A DNA stretch of 63,552 nt, filler included, from Aduncisulcus paluster (taxonomy: Eukaryota): assembly GCA_024181965.1 (NCBI GenBank). It is 3 parts of 3 records of this genome, joined end to end, with 100 filler letters (N's around TTAATTAATTAA, not from the genome) between each part and the next. Parts side by side here need not be neighbours in the genome. Positions count along the whole stretch, not along the records: positions 1 to 29,498 come from BQXS01012721.1; positions 29,599 to 54,006 come from BQXS01012724.1; 1 more part is not named here. The stretch is one strand, 5' to 3'. Below are positions 25,271-36,720 of the stretch, piece by piece (positions within the stretch are counted from its first letter, which is position 1; every line of letters starts with the position of its first letter). The notes below the pieces were generated by a model that searched no databases, had not been told where the DNA came from, and worked only from the letters and a program-made list of their open reading frames with translations. A program made the translations under genes and the position numbers.

Positions 25271-26042
25271 TTTATAGCTGGAATACCCCGTGTAACCGGG
25301 AAATGCTCATGTTTTAAGAAGTGCTAACAAAAGGAGACGGCAAGGCGCTGGCCTTGCCAAATTGGGTTGAATATTTGGAATCTATGAAAATAGAAAGACC
25401 TGAAATTACGAAAAGAACTTCTCAACTATCCCAACGCTTCCAAAAGTAAAAAATCGACAAAAAACTCTTCATTCATTTAATGTGAGCATTTCAGTCGCTT
25501 TAAATAAATAAAAGTAACCCTAAAAGCATTTCTTCACTGATAATTATGAACTATCGCTTTTAAAATGCGTCAAAAGCTCCCAAATACTTCCAATGTCTGA
25601 TATCAAACAGTTACAATGTTTAAAATGCTTAAATCGAGTTATAAACATACAAATTCTTTAAAATAATATCATAAATGTTTAATTTAATGACTATTTCAGG
25701 CTGGAACATTTTGCCGGTATTTCCGTTTTATCCCACTCGGAAGTTCACGATCAGTTTCTTAAATCTAGAAGTTGCTGAACCTTTGTGCCTCCAAACGATG
25801 GGTATTCAACCCCAACTTCAAGTACAGAATCGATTTCCAAGATCTACAGACGTATGAAAAATGACAGTGAATAAACAATTCAATATACAACATGTGGAGA
25901 TGATAATAATAATTAAAAATTAGTAACCATTAATGGGCTTCAAGAATAAAAATGTGATTCAGATCCAGAACAACGAAAATCGTTCAAATTATGAAATTCA
26001 CCATTTTGGGTCAACCAAGGATATTTTTATCTTAAATAATTG

Positions 26043-29000
26043 ATGGATATTAATATTCCAGACATAAAATCTTATCATGGCAATTTAGACCAGATAAAAT
26101 TTTGTGGGAAACTCGCAAGAACAACTGATGGATTCGTGGGTGGAATTTTGCACTTCAAGCTCAAACATGATTCAGATGGGAATCCCGATTTTGATATCTG
26201 TCCTTTAATCGATGAACAATCTTATTCCATTCTATTTCCACAGTGTAGGAGTTCTTCCATAGAAGAACCTCATTTTGTGCAGAGCCCAGGTTTTGGAGGG
26301 ATAAATCGCACTAGAATTGAAACTCCCCAGCATATCTTCGCATTTGACAAGGATAATGATCCTTTTACAAAACGATTGAAAGTTGGGTTCAGAACTGTCA
26401 AAGGAATCGCTGGTATCGAGAGCTTTTGTCTCCATTGTGGCAATAAGGAGTATGTAATCTCTCGGTTCCCCCCAGCCATGACCAAAGATGAGAAAAATGT
26501 GCTTATCTGTGCCCGAAAGTATGGATCCGGACAACCATTCGAACCTATGTGGGAAGTTGTCAAACCGTCTGCATGTATGTCCTCCCCTGTGAGTGGGTTA
26601 GAAGAAACACCAAAGAAAGAGGAAGAGGAGGAGACAGGCGAGAAAATGGACTCCCCGAGTATGTCCTCGGTTCCTTCCATCCGTCTTCCTGTCATGTCCA
26701 CGTATAAAAATGCATTCGGTTCATTGTTGACAGCAATCCCGCATATAGTGTCCTCAAAGCACAGGGATTTCTTGTTGACGAGCTCAAACAAGTGTCTTGA
26801 AGTGAACTTTAATATTGTTCGGAAATGTTATGAACTTGTGCCTATCTCCCCCAAAAAGCTTCCTCCATGGATCCAAGGGTTTGAGTCCTTCAAGGATGAG
26901 CTCATCAACGAATATGAGACATGTTTGGAGAAACGGATTGAATTGGGAACAGCTGTTGGATTTCCAAATCTCAAATTGCCCAAATTATCACATGCAAAAC
27001 GATCAACATCCAAACCATCACCATTCACTTTTGGAGGAGCCTCTGCGTTCAATCAACCCAAATCAGTTTTTAGCGGGGTTTCACTGCCCAAAGTGGACAG
27101 TCTGAAGGTCTCCATTCAGCATTGTTGTATTGTTCGTGGATGGGATCTTGCACAAGGTCCAATCATCTGTGTATCGTGGAAAGTTCACACCCATGCTATG
27201 ATATCACACAAACATATCAATCAATCACAATATCTCTCTATGATGGGTATTCTCGACGGAGTCAAAAAAGGGACCATCGACCCTGTGACACACAAGGTAT
27301 CCTTGGGAGGTTTTGGATCTTCTTCTGGTGAATCAGTTGCAGATATGATGAAGAAATCCCAATGGAAAGAACTGATAGATCTTAAGTGCCGTGTGAAAGA
27401 TATGAGAACCCCTCCTCCATCAAAAGCCAATCCAAAGTCAGGATTTGGATCTGGATCATTATTAGTGCCTGCTAACAGAACATCCATTGCCGCATTCAAT
27501 GGAAGCTCCCTCATATCAATAAGTGGAGAAATCCTTGCCCATGTTCCCAACTGCCATGTTGGTGTTGGGTTTGGACATCGAGACCGTTTGTACATGTTTT
27601 CACATTCGATTGATTCCCCCTGTTGTCGAGTGTTGCTCCCTGAAGATGACACAAAAGATGTCATTGCTAAGGATTCCCTCCATAAGGCACCCGTCGAAGT
27701 TGAGAAACTCCGTATTGGAGACATTGTTCCATCTGATGGATGGGATATGAGTGTTCAGTTTGTTCCCTTGGTGTTGCGTGAGATAGTCTGGAAAGCTGGT
27801 TGCCAATATCCTATAAGGTCATTATTTGGAACTTCTTCAGAAGAGAAAAGGATGAAACTGAACTTTGACATACTGAAATGTATCCTTTTGGAAGATACTT
27901 TCGCTTCCATTGGATCTGTTGGGAAGGAAGGATATCTTGTCCACGGAGCCCTTCCTCACTCATATGCTATTGATCGTGGCTGCTCGAAGGAAGGAGATGT
28001 CTCTGATGACGGTGAAGTGGATCTACTGGTCCATGGACACACTGGGTGCAAGCATGTATCCCTTGTTGAGATGAAGCAGATGTGTGCCATCAATCGAGCA
28101 CTGCGATCCACGGGTTTGTCTGGTGGTTTCCATCCCCTTCTTCCCAAGGATACATTCTTCTCCATTGGACTCAATCAAACGACTGACACCCTCAGAGCCA
28201 CGCTAATCGATCGAACATCACTCCTCAAGGCTTCTTCCACCCCACTTGTGTATAACAAGCAGGACTTTGCTATATCTGAGACGCTTCCTCCTGTCTCATT
28301 CCCATTGTTTTCCACTGAAGTGTGGAAGAATGGATTTGAACAAGTCGACTTTGAGCTAAAACTTGGCGACTTATCTGGTCAGCACATCCACCATACGTAT
28401 GTCAGAAAGCATCATCGTAAGCATTACAAACTTGTGTATGGAACATCACAGTGTCCAGACAGCCTTCGTTCCACATCGTTCTCACCCATTTCTCTGTCTG
28501 ACCTGAACAAGATGGGTGGCATCCCACTCTGGGTGTGTGTTGGTAGCATGATCCTTGAGTGTATCTGTTATGGGATTAGTTATGATCAGTATGCTGATTT
28601 TCATGAGTGTGTATCCCGTGAGGAGATGCTGAGTTATGTCAGTGAGGACGAGTGTAAGCAGCAGATGCTTAGAGATGTCGAATCATTAAAAAGTGGTGTG
28701 ATGTCAGTGAAGGAGGTTGAACATGACAAGGAGGAAGAATCCACAACCCTTGCTGAGAAAGAAGAGGAAGAAGAGGCTGAGAAGGAAGTTCGTGTGAGTA
28801 AGGATGTATCTTCCTCTTCTGATATGGGAACAGATGTATCTTGTATGAACACTTGTCCTTCATTCATTATCTGTAAGAGATTCGACAAAGATATTACTAT
28901 TCGTTATAAGTCGACTCAAGTACCTTTCTTATTGGACACCTCATTCGTCTCATGGATTGGAATTCCTATCCTTGAGTCCAGTCCTGGAGAAGATCTGAGC

Positions 29001-29498
29001 AAACCAATGGGAGTCATCTCTCAGTTGCATTCAAGTATCATGGCAGCAAAGCGTCCAGTTCAACCATCTGGGTTTTCCTTTGGTCAATCTGGTGGAAGTG
29101 GCTTTGGACAATCCAGTGGTGGGTTTGGAGGCTTTGGACAAACTCCTGCAGCGGTTCCACATTCAGGAAGTGGATTCGGAGGCTTTGGACAACCCAGTGG
29201 AGGTGGATTCGGACAACCAAGTAGTAGCTTTGGACAATCAGGTGGGTTCGGAGGCTTTGGACAAACTCCAGCAGCGGTTTCACATTCAGGAAGTGGATTC
29301 GGAGGCTTTGGACAACCCAGTGGAGGTGGATTCGGACAACCAAGTAGTAGCTTTGGACAATCAGGTGGGTTCGGAGGCTTTGGACAAACTCCAGCAGCGG
29401 TTTCACATTCAGGAAGTGGGTTCGGAGGCTTTGGACAACCAAGTAGTAGCTTTGGCCAATCTGGTGGAGTTGGTAGCTTTGGACAATCAGGTGGAAGT
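26043..29498 (+). CDS. Hypothetical protein with C-terminal GFGQ/FG-rich repeats (3'-truncated at contig join)
   Basis: Long ORF from the ATG at 26043 running into Ns; FG-rich tail from ~29070. Confidence 0.75.
29101..29498 (+). repeat. 123-bp (41-aa) coding tandem repeat, about 3 copies
   Basis: GGAGGCTTTGGACAAACTCC recurs at 29127, 29250 and 29373. Confidence 0.9.
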
Positions 29499-29598
29499 NN
29501 NNNNNNNNNNNNNNNNNNNNNNNNNNNNNNNNNNNNNNNNNNTTAATTAATTAANNNNNNNNNNNNNNNNNNNNNNNNNNNNNNNNNNNNNNNNNNNN
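29499..29598. other. Artificial contig linker N44-TTAATTAATTAA-N44
   Basis: All-frame stop linker between N runs; an identical structure occurs at 54007-54106. Confidence 0.95.
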
Positions 29599-30072
29599 AA
29601 AGCCAATTACCGCTACTACTAGTAGCAAAAAAAAAAAAAAATGATATCAAATCAGTCGCCCCAAGTAATAATAAATTAAAAAAAAGCCAATTACCTTAGA
29701 TCATACGATAGAATAAAAACCTCCACTTTAAGGGAAAAGATTCATATCAGAATAAGAAAAACCCTTGACAAAAAAAAAAAGGAAAAAAAAAGAAAAAGAA
29801 AGCCAATTACATACCACGTAGACAAAACAAGAAAATTCCCGAGACTCCGACACTGGCCATTTGTCAAATGACAAGTTGTCAAAAAACACAAAAATTTTTT
29901 CTTTTCAAATACAAAAAAAATTCACAACGTTGAAAACACGTGTATTTTAAATTTATTGTATAAATAAAAATCGTAATCTTAAAAAATCTCTTTTCCCGTG
30001 TTTATTCAATGAAAATATTTGTCTTTCATTTTTCTAACCAACGGAGAGATATTTGCAAACAATTAAAGTAGA

Positions 30073-30285
30073 ATGAGTATGTATAATGAACTATTTTTCA
30101 TTTTTTATTTTTATAATCTGTTTTAAAATTTACAAATGTATGCACAATGTCATGACAACTTCTTGGCTCACCATACAAATTTTAGTTTCCTTTTTGATAC
30201 TGATTTTGTATTGCTTTTTAGCTCTAGTTACCTAATTACATAATATTTTTATTTGTTTCTAGGTTTCAGCACGCCTTTTTTCTAA
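30073..30285 (+). pseudogene. Orphan gene start: ATGA|GTATGT intron (30077-30262) leading to only MSFSTPFF*
   Basis: Same donor and near-ATG position as the real introns; CTAAT at ~30231 and TTTCTAG acceptor at 30262; the spliced ORF stops after 8 codons. Confidence 0.4.
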
Positions 30286-30859
30286 ATGCCTGACGGCAAG
30301 AGAGAGAAAACATCACCAAAAAAAGAACAACAGTACGCACAATGATGGGGTTATGAAGAAAAGATAAACTTGACTCGTCAGATATGAAATTCGTGAATTG
30401 AGTTCCTAAAAAGTCTCCAACAAACAGAACATATGCACAAAGAATTGAAAACACGAAAAGAAACAACAAAATATCATGGATCCAAGCAATTGAAGGTCCA
30501 AAAACCTCAACAGCTAATTCTTTGAAAGTATACTTTTTGGCTCTTGATGCAACCAAACTCAACATGTTATAGCACAATAAAGAGTATCCCATTCCTAAAA
30601 CAAGCCCAATCACACCATTAACTATACCAGCAGAGGCAATAGAAGAGGGAAGAGCAAGGATACCTGCACCGGTAATAGAATTGATGATATTAAAGATAGT
30701 ACCAATCTTTGATTGCCCAGGATGTGTGATTTTATCGTCCATGCCATCAGTATCGAGATTTTCAGGGATAATATCATCGTCATCAATGAAGGACTCGGAT
30801 CCTTCAAGGGTGGAGATAGTTGTAACATTCGCAAAATCTTGAATCGCTCCTATCTTCAT
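30266..30859 (-). pseudogene. Truncated amino acid transporter (Aa_trans/SLC38-like), N-terminal TM helices only
   Basis: TIFNIINSITGAGILALP motif plus 4-5 hydrophobic helices. Similarity ends at FSLSCR, far short of the ~11-TM family length. Confidence 0.75.
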
Positions 30860-30884
30860 GAAGTAATTAATTATTTTATTACAA

Positions 30885-31130
30885 TTATTTTCTTCTAAAT
30901 TCCTTGGGTCTTTCTTCCCATTTACCCAGTATAAGAAATTTTCCCAAATGCGCTATGTTCATGGCAGCACTGACATCTCTATTGCTCACACGCCTGCATT
31001 TTTTGCATCTTCTCTGCCTTAATAGTGGGATACCTTTCCGTTTTACAATTTCATGTTCCGAAAAGCAGCAGTATGACAGTTTGGATGTCCTATACTCTGG
31101 GACAGTCACGTAATCGAATCTTAATTTTAA
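30885..31130 (-). mobile_element. Fanzor/TnpB nuclease C-terminal fragment (RuvC-II Glu, zinc finger, RuvC-III Asp)
   Basis: LKLRFDYVTVPEYRTSKLSYCC...RRCKKCRRVSNRDVSAAMNI...GKWEERPKEFRR matches the V.vdEy.TS..C..C...C..C....RD..AA.NI....RP..F.R pattern. No upstream ATG or RuvC-I in frame. Confidence 0.8.
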
Positions 31131-31174
31131 AAAATTGAAACAAATTTTGGCACGAATTGCAAATAAGCTATTTT

Positions 31175-32249
31175 ATGAAATCTCCAATTAAAGTTGTTGT
31201 TACTGGTGCTGCTGGAAGAATTGGTATGTAATATCGAATGTTAAGCCTGTTATATTTATTCTTGTTTAACAAGACTTGTTAATAACATATTTATATCATT
31301 TGTTTGTATTTTCATAGCTAATAGCATCCTTCCTCGTATTTGCCATGGCGATGGATTTGGATTTGACCAGCCTATTGATCTTGTTCTTCTTGATATCGCT
31401 CCTGCCCTGAAAGTTCTAAACGGAGTTATTATGGAGCTCCAAGATTGCTCTTTTCCTCTTCTCCGAGGCATTGAAGCCTCAGCAGATCCTATGGTTGCTT
31501 TCAAAGATGCAGATTTCGCACTTATGTTAGCTTCTTGCCCCTATCAACCAGGGATGATGAGGCTTGATTTTTTGACCAGAAACAAGGCCATTTTCAAGGA
31601 ACAGGGCATTGCTATCAATGCTGTTGCAAAGAAAACCATAAAAGTCCTTGTAGTAGGTAATCCTGCCAACACCAATTGTCTCGTACTTGCTGCCCATGCT
31701 CCTTCCATCCCTCGAAAGAACTTCTGTGCTTTGACTCGTCTCGACCATAATAGAGCCATTTCCCAGCTTTGTTTTCAGGCAAAATGCACCCCTGCCGATA
31801 TTTCTGGTTCCATCTGCATCTTTGGAAACCACTCTTCCACAATGGTGACCTTCACTGAGGACGGTACTATCAAGGGTAAGCCAGTCGCTGATGTTGTTGG
31901 TAAAGAGTTCTTAGTTTCTCAATTTGAACCTCGTATCCAAGAGCGTGGATATGCCATTATTTCAGAGAAAGGCTCCCCTTCTGTCTTCTCTGCTGCTTCA
32001 GCCGCTATCGATTGTATTCACGACTGGATGGTTGGGACTGACAGAGTTGTGTCCATGGCGGTTGCTTCTTCTGGGAAATACGGTATCCCTGAGGGCGTGT
32101 TCTATTCTTTCCCTTGTGTGTGCAAGGGAGGAGAGTGGGAAATTGTTGATCTTAAGGTTGATCCCACACGCAATCCTGAACTGAACACTAAGCTTCAGAA
32201 GTCATATGAAGAACTCGTATCTGAGGCAAAAATGGCAGGAATCTATTAA
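31175..32249 (+). CDS. Cytosolic (MDH1-type) malate dehydrogenase-family 2-hydroxyacid dehydrogenase; exons 31175-31223 and 31318-32249
   Basis: MKSPIKVVVTGAAGRI|ANSILPRI..., MELQDC, VLVVGNPANTN, LTRLDHNRA, GNHSST, YGIPEGVFYSFP. The substrate Arg92 position is Tyr. Confidence 0.92.
31224..31317 (+). other. Spliceosomal intron (94 nt) in the MDH-family gene
   Basis: G|GTATGT...TTCATAG; removal restores GAAGRIANS. Confidence 0.9.
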
Positions 32250-33892
32250 TTTTGTTTGTTTGTTTGTTTATGTGCTTTCGACAATCTTTCTTTATACTTT
32301 TGCTTCATTCGTTATCCCCTTTCTCAAGTATTCATTTGTTGACATTAAGTCCATTTTGTTTTTATTTTCTAGGTTGCATATTTCTGTTTCTTGATCTTCC
32401 TCTTTTGCTTTACAATGTAAATTTTACATATATTCTGATATTCACATTATCACATGGATTTTCTATTGGATATCATTATTCCTTCTTTACCCTCTTGTCG
32501 AGAGTATTCTCAGATTTCATATTCTCTGCGACAGTATAGTACTTCTTGTTATCTAGTTCTTTCTTGTTCGGTATTTGTTTCATATAAGACCTTGTTTGAT
32601 TAAAGGCTTGTTCATTTGGTTTTCAAATTTTTGATAATTTGGGAATCTTCCTCCCCCCTCTTGGGATTATTTTTCGATTTGATCCTCTCAATTTTAAATT
32701 CAAATTTTTTATGATTCTATCATTTAATATTCAATTCACTTGAAAATAAGTGCCTTGAAAGTATTAAAATCCTTCTCAATCCATCAGGTATTTTCCTTCT
32801 CTCCTGAGGAGACTCTCCTCAAATAAATCTTCATATCTCTTCAAAAGAGTCTCTGAGATCATTGAAAAATTACTTTTCAAAAGTTCTTAGAGCTCATACA
32901 ACTCAGAAATAGAACCACACTGTAGTAGAAGATATATAACTTATATCATATACTTAGTATATTATACTATATGATACTTAGTAAGTATGAGACAATGGAG
33001 ATAAATATCTTATTCTACTCTAAAGGGGGGTTGTTGTTAAGGAATAACCCCAACTTCAACTACAAAATCTTTATTTCCAAGAGATTTAACACGTTATTTA
33101 TGTTTTTACAAAATGTAAAGAACCCCTAATTAGTTCTAGTATAATATATATATAAAAAAAAAACATGACAACCTCCAGTACTGTACTATTGAAGGACAAC
33201 GTCATTCATTTCCAAATTTCATACAAATTTCGCCTAAAAATCAATAATAATAATAATATAATAAAATAGTCTAACAAATAAAAAACACACAACACTCCTA
33301 AAAAAGGAAAAGAGAGATTCCGACAAAAGACAATACCAGCTCTAACAAGGGGTACAGAAAAACTAAATTGCAAAAAAATAAGAAGAAAAGCAACAATAGT
33401 AAGTAAATAAATGGGGATCAAGAAAGAGAAATTTCAAGATATATGGAGAAATAAATAATAGAAAAACACGATTAAATGAAAACAAACTCCTTGGCTCGAC
33501 AAACTATACAATATTACTGCACAACCAACAGCACTGACTTTCCAGACAATGAGGAGGGATAAAGTACTATATATATCAATCACAGAGCGAGGAGATTCTA
33601 CTAACGAAAAATACAATAAAATAATAATAATATATATAAAAAAATAAGATTAAAAAAGAGATAATAAAATTAATTATCAACTATAAAGAATTTGTAGAAG
33701 ATTAAAGTGAGGTATATTTATACCTTTCGACCTAAAAATAGAACCATAAAAAGACGATATTGTGGGTATTGGACTTTTTGTGCTTTTTGGTCAGAAAAAT
33801 GATATCAACGAACGGGGAAAGAAGAATCGAAAGGTATAGAAAAAGAAAGAAACGAAGAGAAAGAGAGAAAGAGGTATGAAATATCGAATAAT

Positions 33893-34276
33893 TAGTACAG
33901 TAGTATAGTATAGTACAGTACAGTATAGTACAGTATATTCTAATTTCAAAGATAAAGTATGGAATAAGACTATAGAGTACATAATAATATTATAATGCCC
34001 TAAAAAGGGAGAGAAAAGATCCCAATCAAAATGTAGAGTTCTAAAAACACACAAAATAGTAAGAAATAGAATTCAATACTATACTATACCATAGTAGTTC
34101 AGTATATCCCTATAAGGGCAGGACTAAGGACAGAAGAAGGAGAAGTAGAAGTATATAATAAGAAAAATAGTAAAGTGTTATACTATACTATACTATACTA
34201 TACTACAATAATAGATGGGGATTGATAGAAGGAGATGTACTATCATGAGAATAGTACAGTACAGTACAGTACAGTA
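33893..34276. repeat. Patches of (TAGTA/CAGTA)n pentamer in both orientations
   Basis: Runs at ~33893-33935, ~34078-34090 (reverse), ~34180-34205 (reverse) and ~34251-34276. Confidence 0.8.
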
Positions 34277-34569
34277 TTGTCAATATGAGCATACTAACGA
34301 GCGAGAAAGAAATAGGTCGAAAATGAGCAATATATATAGCTATAGCTCGATTTCCTCATGTCCCACTGATTATTCTGTGCTAAAACAGATGGCATTGACC
34401 CGGAGGAAATATTTTATCTTAATTATATTAACATTTCCTACATAGAGACACACCATGTGATGTTCACGGTTCGTATAAGCGTTCTTTTGTAACTTCAAGC
34501 GATTAAGAATTACAATCGATCATTACACACATATATATATATATTTATATATTATTATTATATTATATA

Positions 34570-36720
34570 TTATTCCTTAGCAAACAGGTATAAATTGGCA
34601 GTAGTCCCAACAATCATGACCTCAGACCCAAGTTCTGGACACTCACAGATATCAATACATCTTACACGGTCTTTCACATCCTTTCGCCGTTTCAATTTAT
34701 CCATGTGAGCACTCAAGGGCTGAATATCCTCGTACAATGGAACAGAATCATCTCCAACTTTCACAGGCTTATAGCGTTTCTTACTATCGAGGAGATCACG
34801 ACCAATCTTGATGTCCACACGCTCGCCTATTGGGAGACAACTCGATTCATCCTCATCGTCATCCTCATCTTCATCCTTCTGCCCTGCCCGAAGGAACAAT
34901 GCAGACATGCCTGTTCCCTTTCTTCTCCTTTCTTTCCCATTCCGATATCCAAAATGAGGAGATCCACTACTCTCAACGCTATCTAGATTGGCGGTGAGAC
35001 TCAACAATCCATCACATTCTTCCTCCTCACTCACGCTGGCACTTGTACTCCGACTGCTTTCAGAACTTTTGTTACGCCCAAGAGAAGAACAATCCCATAG
35101 GCAGACACACTCACCTACACCACCGGTGGCACACCACAGTCCGTTCTTCTTACCCACAGCTATCGATACAGACTCGTATACACACCCACTCACACATAGC
35201 CGGTCTCTCTGCACTTTGGAGTAAGAGAACAATGGCAGAGAGGAGCATATCTTGGAGATATACCGAGGCTTTGGAGGCGGAGCAAGGGGAAGAAGCGCGG
35301 AGAGCGGGGGTAAAAAGTCGGAACCGGAAGGTGAAAAGGAGGAAGAGAGAGGATGAGGTATCGATAATGAGCTCGAGTGAAGGGATGAAGGGGAGTTAAG
35401 AGAGAGAGGCTGCCCAGAATACGAGGGAGATGAAGGTGAGAAAGACGCGGGAGAACATCTTGTAAGGTTTGAAGGCACAACGGGAATAGCGAATGCGTTG
35501 GTGTCCTCATCAAGACAGGTTTCTACAACCTCGGAGTCGTCGGGGGGAGACAGGAGAGAGGGTGGCACCTCATCAATACCTGGATCGACCCAGGGAGCTA
35601 ATTCTTCAACAAGTCCAGGATTCGACGATATCGACATCTTGGAGGGCGAGAACGACCCATGAGGTATCATCGATGTCGGATTTGAAAAGGATTGAGCAAG
35701 AGAAGACGAAGGGAGGGATCTGGCTGCGAGTGGATTTGGTTGCATGCTGACCATTGTATCGGATAGTGTCCTTCTAAAGTCATAGATCTTAACAGAAGCA
35801 AAATCGCGGACAAATACTTTATGATTGAAAATGGCAAGATCATGGATGGAACTTACGGCTTCTTCACATTCATCAGCAGTTCCAGCCTTCATATCAAGGC
35901 CTTTATGAATGTATAAACATGGTTTATCATGCAAACAACGGACTCTAGTATCAAGGAGCCGCACCGATCCGTTGCTGGTTCCATACATGAAAATGTTTGA
36001 ATTTGAAGGGTGAAACTTGGCGGTCGTGATGAGTTCAGAAAGGTCAGCCATATCTTCTGGTTTCAAATCAACGACATTAAAACACGTATCGGGTCTCTCG
36101 AGGGACCATAGATGAATCCTAAGATCATCAGCGCTTAAAAAGACATTATGATCAGCAGAAAAAGAAAGAGAATGAATTCTAAATCCTTGGGTATCAGTAT
36201 AATCGTGGATATGGGAGGCAGCAAAACAAGAATGCAAAGATCGGATGTGAGGGAGTCGCAATTGCCCTAGAGAAGAAATATGAGAAGAATCGTCTTTGGT
36301 ATTGAATAAAGTAATTTCTTTTGTTATTTTATCAGATATTTTCCATAGTTTTGTCGAACTAGAATTCGCTGATAGAAGGAATTGGGATTGTTTATATGAA
36401 GTGGGAACAAAAGCAAGAGCAGTAATAGATTCACTTATGCTTTGTGATCTTAAGGCATCAAAACTCTTAGAATGTGCCTGAAATTCACAAATAAACCTGA
36501 ATTCAACCTGTTTCGATCTTTTTCTTTTTTTCAATTGTTTCTCAAAACAAATACATCGTCCTCCCTTATCACCAACAACTAAGTATTTACCATCATTGCT
36601 AAACTTGGTTACTGTAACAATATCATTCTCACATATGTTGGATAATGTAGTACTTGGAGTGCTTTCACCAAATAGTTGGGACAAACGGATCTTAGAACCA
36701 TTTATCCGGGTAATAGGCAT
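34570..36720 (-). CDS. PPP2R2: Protein phosphatase 2A regulatory subunit B/B55 (WD40) with low-complexity insertions
   Basis: GDKGGR, EFQAHSKSFDALRS, FLSADDLRIHLW and FNVVDLKPEDMADLSELITTAKFHP match B55/Cdc55 signatures. Confidence 0.9.
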   Translation of the reverse strand: MPITRINGSKIRLSQLFGESTPSTTLSNICENDIVTVTKFSNDGKYLVVGDKGGRCICFEKQLKKRKRSKQVEFRFICEFQAHSKSFDALRSQSISESITALAFVPTSYKQSQFLLSANSSSTKLWKISDKITKEITLFNTKDDSSHISSLGQLRLPHIRSLHSCFAASHIHDYTDTQGFRIHSLSFSADHNVFLSADDLRIHLWSLERPDTCFNVVDLKPEDMADLSELITTAKFHPSNSNIFMYGTSNGSVRLLDTRVRCLHDKPCLYIHKGLDMKAGTADECEEAVSSIHDLAIFNHKVFVRDFASVKIYDFRRTLSDTMVSMQPNPLAARSLPSSSLAQSFSNPTSMIPHGSFSPSKMSISSNPGLVEELAPWVDPGIDEVPPSLLSPPDDSEVVETCLDEDTNAFAIPVVPSNLTRCSPASFSPSSPSYSGQPLSLNSPSSLHSSSLSIPHPLSSSFSPSGSDFLPPLSALLPLAPPPKPRYISKICSSLPLFSYSKVQRDRLCVSGCVYESVSIAVGKKNGLWCATGGVGECVCLWDCSSLGRNKSSESSRSTSASVSEEEECDGLLSLTANLDSVESSGSPHFGYRNGKERRRKGTGMSALFLRAGQKDEDEDDDEDESSCLPIGERVDIKIGRDLLDSKKRYKPVKVGDDSVPLYEDIQPLSAHMDKLKRRKDVKDRVRCIDICECPELGSEVMIVGTTANLYLFAKE

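Noticed and set aside
25339..25358. GC-rich hairpin GGCAAGGC-GCTG-GCCTTGCC as a Helitron 3' end
   Set aside because: No CTRR terminus at the expected distance and no Rep/helicase; a single hairpin is not enough.
23360..25640. TTTTAAAATGC-like motifs as MULE terminal inverted repeats
   Set aside because: Short, AT-rich and not extendable into a convincing TIR pair with a TSD.
29543..29554. TTAATTAATTAA as a biological motif (also 54051-54062)
   Set aside because: Synthetic six-frame stop linker between N runs; adjacency across it is not evidence of linkage.
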